Of a stretch of DNA of 64,000 nucleotides, positions 19,580 to 28,785 are shown one piece after another; the stretch's first letter is position 1; each line of letters starts with the position of its first letter. This DNA comes from Dehalococcoidia bacterium (GTDB lineage Bacteria; Chloroflexota; Dehalococcoidia; Lucifugimonadales; UBA3495), in the NCBI GenBank assembly GCA_965249065.1, contig CBDFLG010000002.1:2169960-2233959 (forward strand). Reading direction: 5' to 3'. Made by a program: the position numbers and the translations under genes. The notes beneath the pieces were generated by a model. It made no database searches, was not told the origin of the DNA, and worked only from the letters and a program-made list of their open reading frames with translations.

Positions 19580-20485
19580 CTATAGGTGAGCCAGGTACTG
19601 CTCCTCGAAGTCCATGCCTGCCAGGTCGCTGAAGGCTTGCATCAGCCGCCGCGTTACCGGACCGGGGGGCCTGCCATCCCCGATGGCCGTGCCGTTAACG
19701 GCGGAGACGGGGCAGATGCACAGGCTGGTGGAGGTGAGAAAAGCCTCGTCGGCGGTGTAGGCGTCGAAGAGGTCCAGGTCGCGCTCTCCGGTTTCCAGCC
19801 CCAGACCTTCCGAGAGGCCCAGCACCGTCCGGCGGGTGATGCCCTCCAGCACGTACTGGCCCTTGGGAGTTGCCACCATGCCGTCCTTGACCAAGAATAT
19901 GTTGGAGCCGCGACCTTCGGTCAGGTTGCCGGCTTCGTCCAGCAGCACAGCCCAGGAGCCGGGATCGGTTCCTTGGGCTTCCAGGTCTCCCAGCACCAGG
20001 TTCAGGTAGTTGTGGGTCTTGGCCCGCGGGCTCATGAAGCGGGGCGGCACGCGAGGCACCGAGGGCGTGGTTACCCGGGCCCCGTCACGGTAGAGCGGCG
20101 CCCGCGCTGTGAAGGGGATGGCATGGGTTTCGATGAGCACCGTTGGCGTCCCATCGCTTGGCCCGCCTTCTACGCCTCGGGTAACCCGCTGCATCACCCA
20201 CATATCCTGACCGGGCGGCAGAAGCGGGTAGTTGTGCTCGACTACCCGGCGTGACCAATCTTCCATTTCGTCCATGCTGATGCCGGGGTCAATGCGGACG
20301 TATCGCAGTGAGTCGTAGAGCCGCCGCACGTGCTCGGTCAGCTTGAAAGGAACGCCGGAGAAGGTTCGGGCGGCGTCAAACACGGCGTCGCCGTAGATAA
20401 ACCCCCGGTCGCGGATCGGAATACCCGCCCGCGACTCCGGCACAAGCTCCCCGTTGAGGAAAACGATGGGTTCGCTCTGAGCCAT
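19580..20485 (-). CDS. class IV aminotransferase (branched-chain/D-amino acid/PabC-like)
   Basis: DRGFIYGDAVF, KTHNY, EGRGSNIF, LEGITR. Confidence 0.9.
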   Translation of the reverse strand: MAQSEPIVFLNGELVPESRAGIPIRDRGFIYGDAVFDAARTFSGVPFKLTEHVRRLYDSLRYVRIDPGISMDEMEDWSRRVVEHNYPLLPPGQDMWVMQRVTRGVEGGPSDGTPTVLIETHAIPFTARAPLYRDGARVTTPSVPRVPPRFMSPRAKTHNYLNLVLGDLEAQGTDPGSWAVLLDEAGNLTEGRGSNIFLVKDGMVATPKGQYVLEGITRRTVLGLSEGLGLETGERDLDLFDAYTADEAFLTSTSLCICPVSAVNGTAIGDGRPPGPVTRRLMQAFSDLAGMDFEEQYLAHL

Positions 20486-20622
20486 AAAGCCCTCCCGCCC
20501 CCAAGGGCAAAGGTGATGGTGCCGCCAAATGATACCAGCAAGCCACCGGCCCTGCCAGCGCAGGGCGGAAAAGCCGATGGTCTTTCAATCACTCTCAATC
20601 ACTCTGCGCCCGCGCCAAGGGA

Positions 20623-20672
20623 GCCCCCACCCTAACCCTCCCCCGTTCGAACTCATGAAGAGGGCGAGGGAA
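20623..20672. repeat. REP-like hairpin repeat (long-loop variant)
   Basis: CCCCCACCCTAACCCTCCCCC...GGGCGAGGG. Confidence 0.55.
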
Positions 20673-20699
20673 TAACTGAAAGACCTTGGGAAAAAGCGG

Positions 20700-20727
20700 A
20701 TGGCCGGAAGCTGCTGCCTCCGGCCAT
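20700..20727. terminator. intrinsic terminator-like hairpin
   Basis: ATGGCCGGA...TCCGGCCAT downstream of the 20754 gene. Confidence 0.6.
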
Positions 20728-20753
20728 TTCTGGGGTTCGCTGTTAGGGTTGAG

Positions 20754-22730
20754 CTAGTTGGCGATTATCGGGACTTCCAGGGTGCCAAGCTCTTCCACGT
20801 CGCCGGGGTGAGTTACCGCGCCGTCCAACTCGTCGACGCCGTATCCGATGGCGGTCAGTTCCAAGTTCAGGGTGTCTCCGGACAGCAACACGACATCGCC
20901 GGCCACAGAGACGGTTATCACCCGCCACTCCCACGTCTCCCCTGGGTCGAGTCTGCGGTCGCCGTTTAAGTCGCCGCCGACGTATTCCATGGAGTCGCGG
21001 GTCAGCGGCTCGCGGGCCAGCGGCACGAGGCCGTTGGACAGGAGCTCCACCCGGACATCTCGGAGCGGGGAGTCGCCATCGTTGGTTTCGGTTACGGTCA
21101 GGGTCTGCACCACCAGCCGCAGCACCACGGTGTTATGCTCGCTCAGGCCGATGGCGGTGCTGGGATCCAGAATGTCAACGGTAACCGGCTCGGAGTCGGC
21201 CCTCTCTTCGCTGTCGTCTCTGGCGGTGGCGGTGACGTTGAAGACGAAATCCGTTTTTGTGCCGAGATTGCCGGTGGAGCACTGGGCGCTTATGGATTCG
21301 CCCGCATCAAGCTGCCCCAAGTTGCTTAGGTTGCGGTCGCAGTTTTGCGCCTCGGGGTACCCAACACTGCTAGCCACCGACAGGTTGAACAGCGTTGAGT
21401 CGCCGTTGTTGTACACGGCAATGGCGAGGGGCGCCGCTTGGCCTTTGCGAACCGTCGGCAACCCCCGGACCGTCTCCGCTCCCGAGGTGGCTACGATGGC
21501 CAACCCTGGGGCGATGACCTGGACATCAGCGGAAGCGGACGCTGCGGGCAGAGGTTCTGCGGTTCCCGGCAACGTGCCTGAGACAGTGGCCGTAACTGTG
21601 CTCCTCCCCAAGGGCAGGATGGCGCTGCAGGAGTAAGGAGACGCCTCCCCGTCCGCGGCCACCGAGCCAAATTCGCGGCCGCACTCTGGGACGTCGAAGC
21701 TGCCGCCGTCCCCGTCTACTCTTACAACGGTGACGTTGACGTCGTTCAGGGCCGTGACCGACGGGGTGGTGACAGTGATGTTAAAGGCGGCGTCAGTCCC
21801 GGTGCGGACAACCTGCGCTGCGGGATTGATGGTGATGCCGACGGCCACTTCTCCGAAAACGACTTCGGAGGTGTCGGAATTCGTGGCCTCTATTTCCACA
21901 GGTACGCCGCTAGAGTCCTTGGCCGTCGCCTTGGCGGTCACTATCGCTTCGTTGGTCAAGGACGAATCCGGGATCACCCCGCAGATATAAGGCGCCGTTG
22001 ACTCGCCGACGCCCAGGATTGCGATAGTTGTATTGCAGTCCGGAGCCAGCGCGTCGGTGACGGTGATGTCGGACAACTCGAAACCGCCGGTGTTGGTTAC
22101 GGTGATTTCAAAGAGTGCCTCTTGGCCTTGGTAAACCGTCTGGGTGTCGGCGCCGGGGTTCCCGGCGGGCGTCACCTCTATCACGATGGAAGGCGGAGTC
22201 ATGCGAACCAGCTTGGACTGGGACGCTGCGGCCTCCTCGCCTCCCACTGGGCTGAAGGTGGTGCCGCCGGAATAGTCGACCCGGGCGCTCAGTTCCACGT
22301 TGCCGGAAGCATTCTGGACGCCGTCGTTCTGGTTGACGGTGTACGCGACCCGGGGGGCCGTGTATACCGAGCCGACCTGGATGGTGGGGATGACGTCGGT
22401 ATCATCGGTGCCGGCGAGGGGCACCTGCTCGCCATTGGGCAAAGTAACCGCCAGGACGCCGCCGGTGTAGTTACAGGCGATCTCCCCTACGGGCAGTTCC
22501 GGGATGGACAGGTTGACCGTGTAGCCGATGATGTCGCCGTGGGAGACCACGGCCACCGAGCGGCCGGACCCGTTGGTGATGCTGATGGATATGCCGACGG
22601 CGGAGGTGTCGCAGTCCACCGGCTCTTGACCGGAGGCGAAAGGGCTGCTAACTATGATCACCCCAAGCCCCACGGCTACTACCGCCAGCAGGATGAACAG
22701 CGGGACAGCGTTGCGTTGAATCAAGCTCAT
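20754..22730 (-). CDS. secreted Ig-like repeat (DUF11/DUF7507-type) protein
   Basis: Signal peptide; repeated ITVTNTG/VYNNGD/ETNDGD-type beta-sandwich motifs with Cys pairs. Confidence 0.75.
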   Translation of the reverse strand: MSLIQRNAVPLFILLAVVAVGLGVIIVSSPFASGQEPVDCDTSAVGISISITNGSGRSVAVVSHGDIIGYTVNLSIPELPVGEIACNYTGGVLAVTLPNGEQVPLAGTDDTDVIPTIQVGSVYTAPRVAYTVNQNDGVQNASGNVELSARVDYSGGTTFSPVGGEEAAASQSKLVRMTPPSIVIEVTPAGNPGADTQTVYQGQEALFEITVTNTGGFELSDITVTDALAPDCNTTIAILGVGESTAPYICGVIPDSSLTNEAIVTAKATAKDSSGVPVEIEATNSDTSEVVFGEVAVGITINPAAQVVRTGTDAAFNITVTTPSVTALNDVNVTVVRVDGDGGSFDVPECGREFGSVAADGEASPYSCSAILPLGRSTVTATVSGTLPGTAEPLPAASASADVQVIAPGLAIVATSGAETVRGLPTVRKGQAAPLAIAVYNNGDSTLFNLSVASSVGYPEAQNCDRNLSNLGQLDAGESISAQCSTGNLGTKTDFVFNVTATARDDSEERADSEPVTVDILDPSTAIGLSEHNTVVLRLVVQTLTVTETNDGDSPLRDVRVELLSNGLVPLAREPLTRDSMEYVGGDLNGDRRLDPGETWEWRVITVSVAGDVVLLSGDTLNLELTAIGYGVDELDGAVTHPGDVEELGTLEVPIIAN

Positions 22731-23093
22731 CGGTATGGCTCCAAAAAAGATGTGGTCTCCATTAAGTCCGGTGCACTCCCTACCAGCCTCGGGCTACCCT
22801 AACCAGCCTCGGGCTATTGGGACGTAAATCCGTGATCCGGGTCTTGCCGGGTCGCTCGCAGCCTAGGGTTCAGACAGGTCTTCAGAACATCGGCAATATC
22901 ATACATAACACCAGTCCGGTAATTCAACACTTTAATGTCTGAAAATCCAGTCCATTTCAGACTGTCTGCCGGACTTTCCCTCGCCCGAAGCCCCTCCAAT
23001 TTGTTGTGCGGGCGGTATTCAATCACAGAGTTTGGGTAAGGTCAAGCCACTCACTGCGCTTTGCGCGGTTGCAGCGTAAACGCGACGGCAACA

Positions 23094-23126
23094 CAAAGGC
23101 CGGAGGGGAGGGATCTCCGGCCTTTG
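23094..23126. terminator. 12-bp perfect hairpin
   Basis: CAAAGGCCGGAG-9nt-CTCCGGCCTTTG. Confidence 0.75.
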
Positions 23127-23295
23127 CAAAGATTGATTCAGACTTATGGCAACAATACCACCCGCAGAGGCGAAAAGCTACCGTCCTACCTTAAAAAGGT
23201 CAGGAAATCACCGGCCTCTTAAGTATTGCCGTTGTACCGCTGGCGCATCTGAAGCGCTCGCCCCGTCAACTCCGGGCAGCTAACGCAGGGGCTGG

Positions 23296-23532
23296 CTATG
23301 CGAGAGCTTTGGCTAGTTCTTCGGCCTCCGCCTTGCTGAGGATTCGGAACACCGACAGGCTGGGGTCTTCCTTCGCCACGCCTCTGGCGGCCGGCCGGCC
23401 ATTCTTCATGGTGACCAACTCAATCTGGTCCATCTCCACCTTTTTGCGCAGCTTGGTGCAATAGGCAGTCAGGACGGGCATGGCCGCTTCCGGCGCATCA
23501 GCTTTCTTGGCCTGGGACTTCCGTGGAGGCAT
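23296..23532 (-). CDS. DUF5679-like small basic protein
   Basis: AYCTKLRKKVEM...VTMKNGRPAARG...FRI matches the DUF5679 pattern as recalled; GAGG RBS. Confidence 0.7.
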   Translation of the reverse strand: MPPRKSQAKKADAPEAAMPVLTAYCTKLRKKVEMDQIELVTMKNGRPAARGVAKEDPSLSVFRILSKAEAEELAKALA

Positions 23533-23834
23533 ATCCTCACCTCTTTAACCTGCATCGGGAATGTTTGAGCAGCTCCTTAACCCGCAGCGTCTAAATATTG
23601 TAGGCACGGCCTATTTACCTGTCAATATGATGTAGGCGTGAAATTACGCCAAAGCTGAAGCCGTTTTTCGCGCAAAGTTGGCGATTGCAACGGCGTGTAA
23701 CTCCAAATGAAGCCGATTTGGGACTTCCCGCTCCGGGCTTGCCGTTCCATTCCCCGAGTCCCGCCCGATTCTTCCGGCGCGCGTGCTAAAATAGCGCAGG
23801 GCTTGGGAACACACTCTAAATTCCGAAGAGAGCG

Positions 23835-24440
23835 ATGGGTAAACTCTTTATTGTCCGCCACGGTGAGACTATTTGGAACCACGAGGGCCGCATCCAGGGT
23901 CATACCGATGTCGGGCTCTCGGAGCGGGGCATGGAGCAGGCCGGGCTGCTGGCGCAACGGCTGAAAACCGTGCGGTTTGACGCGGCCTATGCCAGCGATC
24001 TTTGCCGGGCCTCCGACACCGCTTCCGCCATACTGGAAGGGCGCGATGTTCCGGTCTTCCCCACACCACGCTTGCGCGAGTACCACAAGGGCGCGTTCGA
24101 GGGCATGACCGAGGCTGAACTCCGGTCTCGCTACCCCTCTGAATATCCCGGCTATGTCGCCAAAGACCTCGATTACGCCCCAAAGGGCGGCGAGTCCACC
24201 CGCGGCGTGAGCGCCCGGATGACTGCTATTATCAACGAAATCAAGGAGCGCCATCTGGACGACACCGTGCTGGTGGTCGGCCATGGCGGTTCGCTGCGCG
24301 CGGCCATGATGGCGCTGCTGGGAATGTCTCTGGACGCCAACTGGCGCTTCGTTTTTGGCAACTGCACCCTCACCATCGTGGACACGTACCACGACAACGC
24401 CGTTCTGCGGCTGTTCAACGACGCCTCGCACCTGTGCTGA
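23835..24440 (+). CDS. histidine phosphatase (CobC/GpmB-like)
   Basis: RHGET, SDLCRA, LRE, GGES, VGHGG. Confidence 0.9.
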   Translation: MGKLFIVRHGETIWNHEGRIQGHTDVGLSERGMEQAGLLAQRLKTVRFDAAYASDLCRASDTASAILEGRDVPVFPTPRLREYHKGAFEGMTEAELRSRYPSEYPGYVAKDLDYAPKGGESTRGVSARMTAIINEIKERHLDDTVLVVGHGGSLRAAMMALLGMSLDANWRFVFGNCTLTIVDTYHDNAVLRLFNDASHLC

Positions 24441-24511
24441 ATGTTCCAGTGCGGCGCAGGCAATAATGAGGTTCTGACGCCCGCCGTTTAATCGCAACCG
24501 GAGAGTGATTC

Positions 24512-25462
24512 TTGAGTGCCGGTCACGACTCTTCTCACGACCCTTCTGGCAATGCGGAATCAACGGCGGCCTCTGCCGCCATCGGCTCGGCGACGGCGCG
24601 CGCGCCGGGCGTCTGCGGCGTTCTGGCCCAGGGCGCCATCGGCGAGATGCACTTCTCGGTGACCTGTCCCGTAGACTTCTTCTCCCGTGTCAGGGTGGAG
24701 GTGAGCGGCGACGGCCCCGGCGTAGTCGCCACGGAGGGCTGCGAGAAGACCGTCGCCGCGGTGCGCCGGACGCTGGCCCATCTGCGGCGGGCCAAGGTGC
24801 GCGCAGCCGTGAGCGTCAGCAGCCCCATACCGCGAGGCAGGGGCCTCGGCAGCAGCAGCGCCGACCTGTCCGCCGCCATAGCAGCCACCGCTCTGGCTCT
24901 TGGCGAGGAACTCTGCCCTGAAACCATCGCGCAAATTGCCCTCTCCATCGAACCCACCGGCGGCGTGATGATGCCCGGTCTGGCGCTGTTCGATCACCGC
25001 GCCGGGCTGGTGCGGGAGAGCCTCGGCTCGCCGCCGCCCATGGAAATCGTGGCATTGGACTTCGGCGGTTCTTCCCGGTCCGGGTTTTTCAACCTGTCGG
25101 ACCGGCCTCAGCGATGGCGCGAGGTCAACGGCGAGACCGCCGAGGCGCTCAACCTGATCCGGCGGGGAGTGGCCGAGAGAAGCGCGGCGCTGGTGGGCCA
25201 GGGCGCGACTATCGCCTCCGAGGCAGGCAGCCGGGTTTCCCCTCGCCCCCGTCTGGAGGAGGTTGCCGAGTTTGCCCGCGAGGTCGGAGCGGTCGGCGTC
25301 AACGGCGGCTACGGCGAGGGCGTGACCGGCGTGCTGCTTGACGCCACCCAGCGGCGCGGCAAGTCCACCTACCTCAAGGCCAAGCAAGCCTTCCCTGACG
25401 CAGAAACGGTCTATCACTTCCGAATGCTGGGCGGTGGCATCCAAATTGTCGCCGCGAAGTAA
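24512..25462 (+). CDS. GHMP kinase, PduX (L-threonine kinase)-like, divergent
   Basis: PGVCGxLAQG...VTCPV, IPRGRGLGSSSAD, IEPT. Confidence 0.75.
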   Translation: MSAGHDSSHDPSGNAESTAASAAIGSATARAPGVCGVLAQGAIGEMHFSVTCPVDFFSRVRVEVSGDGPGVVATEGCEKTVAAVRRTLAHLRRAKVRAAVSVSSPIPRGRGLGSSSADLSAAIAATALALGEELCPETIAQIALSIEPTGGVMMPGLALFDHRAGLVRESLGSPPPMEIVALDFGGSSRSGFFNLSDRPQRWREVNGETAEALNLIRRGVAERSAALVGQGATIASEAGSRVSPRPRLEEVAEFAREVGAVGVNGGYGEGVTGVLLDATQRRGKSTYLKAKQAFPDAETVYHFRMLGGGIQIVAAK

Positions 25463-25530
25463 GAATAGCCACAGAAATACTCGGTGCTCTCTGCGTATTC
25501 TGTGGTGAATTAAAGAAGGATGGCGAAACG

Positions 25531-26601
25531 ATGGCGGAGTATAACCTGGCAGTGATTCCCGGCGACGGCGTGGGGCCGGAGGTTATCGCCGAGGGACGCA
25601 AGACGCTGGAGGCGCTGGCTTCCTCGGGCGGCCCGGCCTTCCGGTTCACCGAATTTCCTTGGGGCAGCGCCTACTACCGTGAGACGGGGCGCCTGATGCC
25701 GGAAGACGGGCTGGAACTGCTGTCCGGTTTCGACGCCATCCTGTTCGGCGCGGTGGGCGACCCGGACATTCCCGACCATATCACGCTACACGGGCTGTTG
25801 CTGCCCATGCGCCGAGGCTTCGACCAGGGCGTATGCGTGCGTCCGGCCTATCTCTACCCCGGCGTTACCTCGCCCCTGTCCGGCAAACAGCCCGGCGACA
25901 TTGATATGGTCATCTTCCGTGAGAACACTGAGGGCGAATACGCCCCCGTGGGCGGACGCCTCAACGCCGGCACGCCCCACGAGACGGTCATCCAGAGCAA
26001 CGTCTTCACCCGCCGCGGCACCGAGCGCATCATCCGCGCCGCCTTCGAGCATTGCGTCCGCCGCAACAAGCGCAACAAAGTGACGTCGGTAACCAAGTCC
26101 AACGCCCAGTCCTTCGGCATGGTCTTCTGGGATGAGGTCTTCGAAGATGTGGCCTCCGAGTACCCGCAGGTGGAAACCGAGTCGCTGCTGGTGGACCGGG
26201 CCTGCATGGACTTTGTGCGCTGGCCCGAGGACTTCGACGTGGTGGTAGCCTCCAACCTGTTCGGCGACATCTTGTCGGACATCGCGGCGGTGGTGTCGGG
26301 CAGCATGGGCTTGGCCCCCAGCGCCAACATCAACCCCGACAAGCTGCACCCGTCGCTGTTCGAGCCGGTGCATGGCGCGGCCTTCGACATTATGGGCAAG
26401 GGCATAGCCAACCCATTGGCCACCGTATCCGCCGTGGCGATGATGCTGGACCACCTCGGCGAGGCCGAAGCCGCCGCCCGCGTGGACGCCGCCGTAGCCC
26501 GCTGCCTCGAAGAGCGCCACGTCGTGACCGCCGACCTAGGCGGCAACGCCAGCACATCGCAGATGGGCGACGAGGCGGCCCGCCTGGTGCGCGAGGGGTA
26601 G
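25531..26601 (+). CDS. tartrate/3-isopropylmalate dehydrogenase family
   Basis: PGDGVGPEV, RENTEGEY, TKSNA, NLFGDILSD, EPVHG. Confidence 0.92.
   Translation: MAEYNLAVIPGDGVGPEVIAEGRKTLEALASSGGPAFRFTEFPWGSAYYRETGRLMPEDGLELLSGFDAILFGAVGDPDIPDHITLHGLLLPMRRGFDQGVCVRPAYLYPGVTSPLSGKQPGDIDMVIFRENTEGEYAPVGGRLNAGTPHETVIQSNVFTRRGTERIIRAAFEHCVRRNKRNKVTSVTKSNAQSFGMVFWDEVFEDVASEYPQVETESLLVDRACMDFVRWPEDFDVVVASNLFGDILSDIAAVVSGSMGLAPSANINPDKLHPSLFEPVHGAAFDIMGKGIANPLATVSAVAMMLDHLGEAEAAARVDAAVARCLEERHVVTADLGGNASTSQMGDEAARLVREG
26497..26601 (+). repeat. direct repeat copy 1 (3' end of dehydrogenase gene)
   Basis: ~100 bp closely matching 27463-27564. Confidence 0.9.
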
Positions 26602-26648
26602 GAGACAGGTATAGCTGACCCCATTCTTGCTGGGTCAAGGAAAGAAGT

Positions 26649-27008
26649 ATGATTTTCGACCTCGAAGCCATACCCCTCAATATTCCCGAGGGCGCGCCTT
26701 TGTACCGGGATGAGCGCGGCACCGTCCGGGTGCTAAACAGCCGCGTTCTGTTGGATATAGTTATAGGCGCGTTCACTCTGGGATACAGTGCCGAAGAGGT
26801 TTCGAGCCAGTACCCGACGGCCAGCGCCGCCGCTTTGGAAAGAGTACTTGCCTATTACAAAGACCGCAAAAGCGAAGTTGATGAGTACCTCAGGATTCGC
26901 CGTGAACGGGCAGACAAAATCAGGGCGCACATAGAGTCCCAACCTGAATACGTCGCATGGCTAAAACGGATGAGGGAACGGGCACTGGAAAAAGGTTCGG
27001 TCAAGTGA
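26649..27008 (+). CDS. DUF433 antitoxin
   Basis: GTVRVLNSRVLLD...GYSAEEVSSQYP...LAYY. Confidence 0.88.
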   Translation: MIFDLEAIPLNIPEGAPLYRDERGTVRVLNSRVLLDIVIGAFTLGYSAEEVSSQYPTASAAALERVLAYYKDRKSEVDEYLRIRRERADKIRAHIESQPEYVAWLKRMRERALEKGSVK

Positions 27009-27358
27009 CTCGCTTTCTGGCCGACGAAAATTTCAACTTCGACATCATCGAAGGTTTGTTGAGGCGAGACCCTGACATAGACCTCATCCGCGCCCAAGAT
27101 GTCAATTTGGCTCAAACCCCGGACCCGATAGTGCTGGAGCGGGCAGCGGAGATGGGCCGGGTGTTGTTGACACACGACTATGATGATATGCCTTTCTACA
27201 TTGACGAAAGACTCCGTGCCGGTCTTCCAATGCCGGGTGTGGCGCAAGTTCCTTGGAATATGCCGCTTGGCCCGGCCATTGATGACCTCCTGCTCCTAAT
27301 TGGATGCAGCCTGGAATACGAATGGGAGAACCAAGTGCGCTACCTGCCGCTTCGGTGA
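27005..27358 (+). CDS. DUF5615 PIN-like toxin
   Basis: RFLADENF, DPIVLERA, GRVLLTHD; GTGA overlap with DUF433. Confidence 0.88.
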   Translation: MTRFLADENFNFDIIEGLLRRDPDIDLIRAQDVNLAQTPDPIVLERAAEMGRVLLTHDYDDMPFYIDERLRAGLPMPGVAQVPWNMPLGPAIDDLLLLIGCSLEYEWENQVRYLPLR

Positions 27359-27462
27359 GGCACCTGCCACAGGCCGATTATCTTCCCCCGCCCCAGCGCC
27401 GTTGCCGGATGACCAATCAGTGGCGCTGCTTTAGGCACCTGCAAATCCTCACGCTCCCTAAC

Positions 27463-27564
27463 GCCCGCTGCCTCGAAGAGCGCCGAGTGCTGACCGCCGA
27501 TCTAGGCGGCAACGCCAGCACATCGCAGATGGGCGACGAGGCGGCGCGGCTGGTGCGCGAGTAG
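27463..27564 (+). repeat. direct repeat copy 2 (orphan dehydrogenase 3' end)
   Basis: Encodes ARCLEERRVLTADLGGNASTSQMGDEAARLVRE*. Confidence 0.9.
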
Positions 27565-27603
27565 TGGCCCGTTTGTCCAGGTAGGCAACAGAGCAAAGCT
27601 CGA

Positions 27604-27828
27604 CTATTCTATCTTTATTTCGGAGATATATTCGACTTCGATATTTTTACCGCAACTGTGGCAGTAAAGTGCCAGTATCCCCATGTCGGTGGATTCGGAG
27701 CGTAGATGAATCAGCTTGTCGCCCTCAGCGAGGAAAACTGGGTATGTGTCTAAACCCCCCATAACTTCGTCTGAGCCACAATGGCGGCAGGCATACTTAG
27801 GTAACGCCGAGTTGTCGTCGCAGGTCAT
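27604..27828 (-). CDS. small CxxC...CxxC zinc-ribbon protein
   Basis: CRHC and CHSC; GGGAG RBS 5 nt before ATG. Confidence 0.65.
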   Translation of the reverse strand: MTCDDNSALPKYACRHCGSDEVMGGLDTYPVFLAEGDKLIHLRSESTDMGILALYCHSCGKNIEVEYISEIKIE

Positions 27829-27862
27829 CTTATCTCCCAATCTTGGCATCGAATCGATTTAA

Positions 27863-27898
27863 GATCGGGATCGTTGATCAATCGGCCTGTTTTGTCAA
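27863..27898 (-). promoter_or_regulatory. sigma70-like promoter with three GATC sites over -10/+1
   Basis: TTGACA (27898-27893), 17 bp, AACGAT; GATC at 27876, 27869 and 27863. Confidence 0.55.
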
Positions 27899-27954
27899 GT
27901 CATCGAAGGGCCGATTTGAGCACAAATTGAGAATGACCAATTAGCCTGGCAACC

Positions 27955-28785
27955 CTAGTTCATTGTCCGGCGGTAGAAACCCTTCCCGAGGAACTCTACC
28001 AAGCCCAGGTCTCGCAGAATCTGTAACTGCTGACGCAACTTGGGGCGCACGTTTTGATTCCTCGGGTATTCCCTAGCCGCCATTGGACTACATACCGCAA
28101 GCAAGTCTGAGATTTGAAATCCACTGTCCGGCATTGCCAGCACTCCCTGAAGAGTAAGTCGTGTCCATCCCTTGAATCCTTCAACTAGCGCGGCATCGTC
28201 AGAGATTGAAAAATGCGCTTCGATTGCTGGCGCATTGTCCTCAGAATAATAATGGGACCCCGGTGCAAAAGGATGAACTGGTAAAGTAACTTTAATGGCC
28301 TCTACCGAAGCCCTTATAGCCTCAAGTTCTTCAAGTTTCACTTCGGCGGGATGGCGCCTCGACCCAAATCCCTTCAGCAGCGTTGTGGCCAATTGGTTTG
28401 CCAATTTTTCGTCTTGTGTGGCAAGTCCGCATTCCAAATTGCGATACATACCGGATACAGTGGCATTTGCGGATGTGACCAAAGCGGCATCATCGAAGAT
28501 GTACATTTTGGCATGAAGATTCCCTAAGGTCTTAATCGTGACGCCATCTGCCGCAAGGTCACAGAGAGAGTCAAGACTAGAGGCCCCCAAGGCAAAATCG
28601 CGCAGGTCAGTTCTAGTTATTAAGATGCGGGATACATCCTTGGAAACTCGGTTGGTCAGACCAAATATCCCACTGTTTACGTACGGACTCCCGATAAGCA
28701 TTCGAGACCTGCAAGCCGGTGCGAATTTGGCCAGCCAGTCGAATGTAGGCGTTGTAACTATTTGCAAGCCGTCATTAAACGCCAT
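27955..28785 (-). CDS. PLD(HKD) nuclease fused to DpnI-type winged-helix domain; putative m6A-dependent restriction endonuclease
   Basis: HAKMYIFD..VTSAN HKD motif; C-terminal YPRNQNVRPKLRQQLQILRDLGLVEFLGKGFYR like the DpnI C-terminal domain. Confidence 0.85.
   Translation of the reverse strand: MAFNDGLQIVTTPTFDWLAKFAPACRSRMLIGSPYVNSGIFGLTNRVSKDVSRILITRTDLRDFALGASSLDSLCDLAADGVTIKTLGNLHAKMYIFDDAALVTSANATVSGMYRNLECGLATQDEKLANQLATTLLKGFGSRRHPAEVKLEELEAIRASVEAIKVTLPVHPFAPGSHYYSEDNAPAIEAHFSISDDAALVEGFKGWTRLTLQGVLAMPDSGFQISDLLAVCSPMAAREYPRNQNVRPKLRQQLQILRDLGLVEFLGKGFYRRTMN

Noticed and set aside
26497-27564. DGR template/variable repeat pair
   Set aside because: Differences are not adenine-specific and no reverse transcriptase is present
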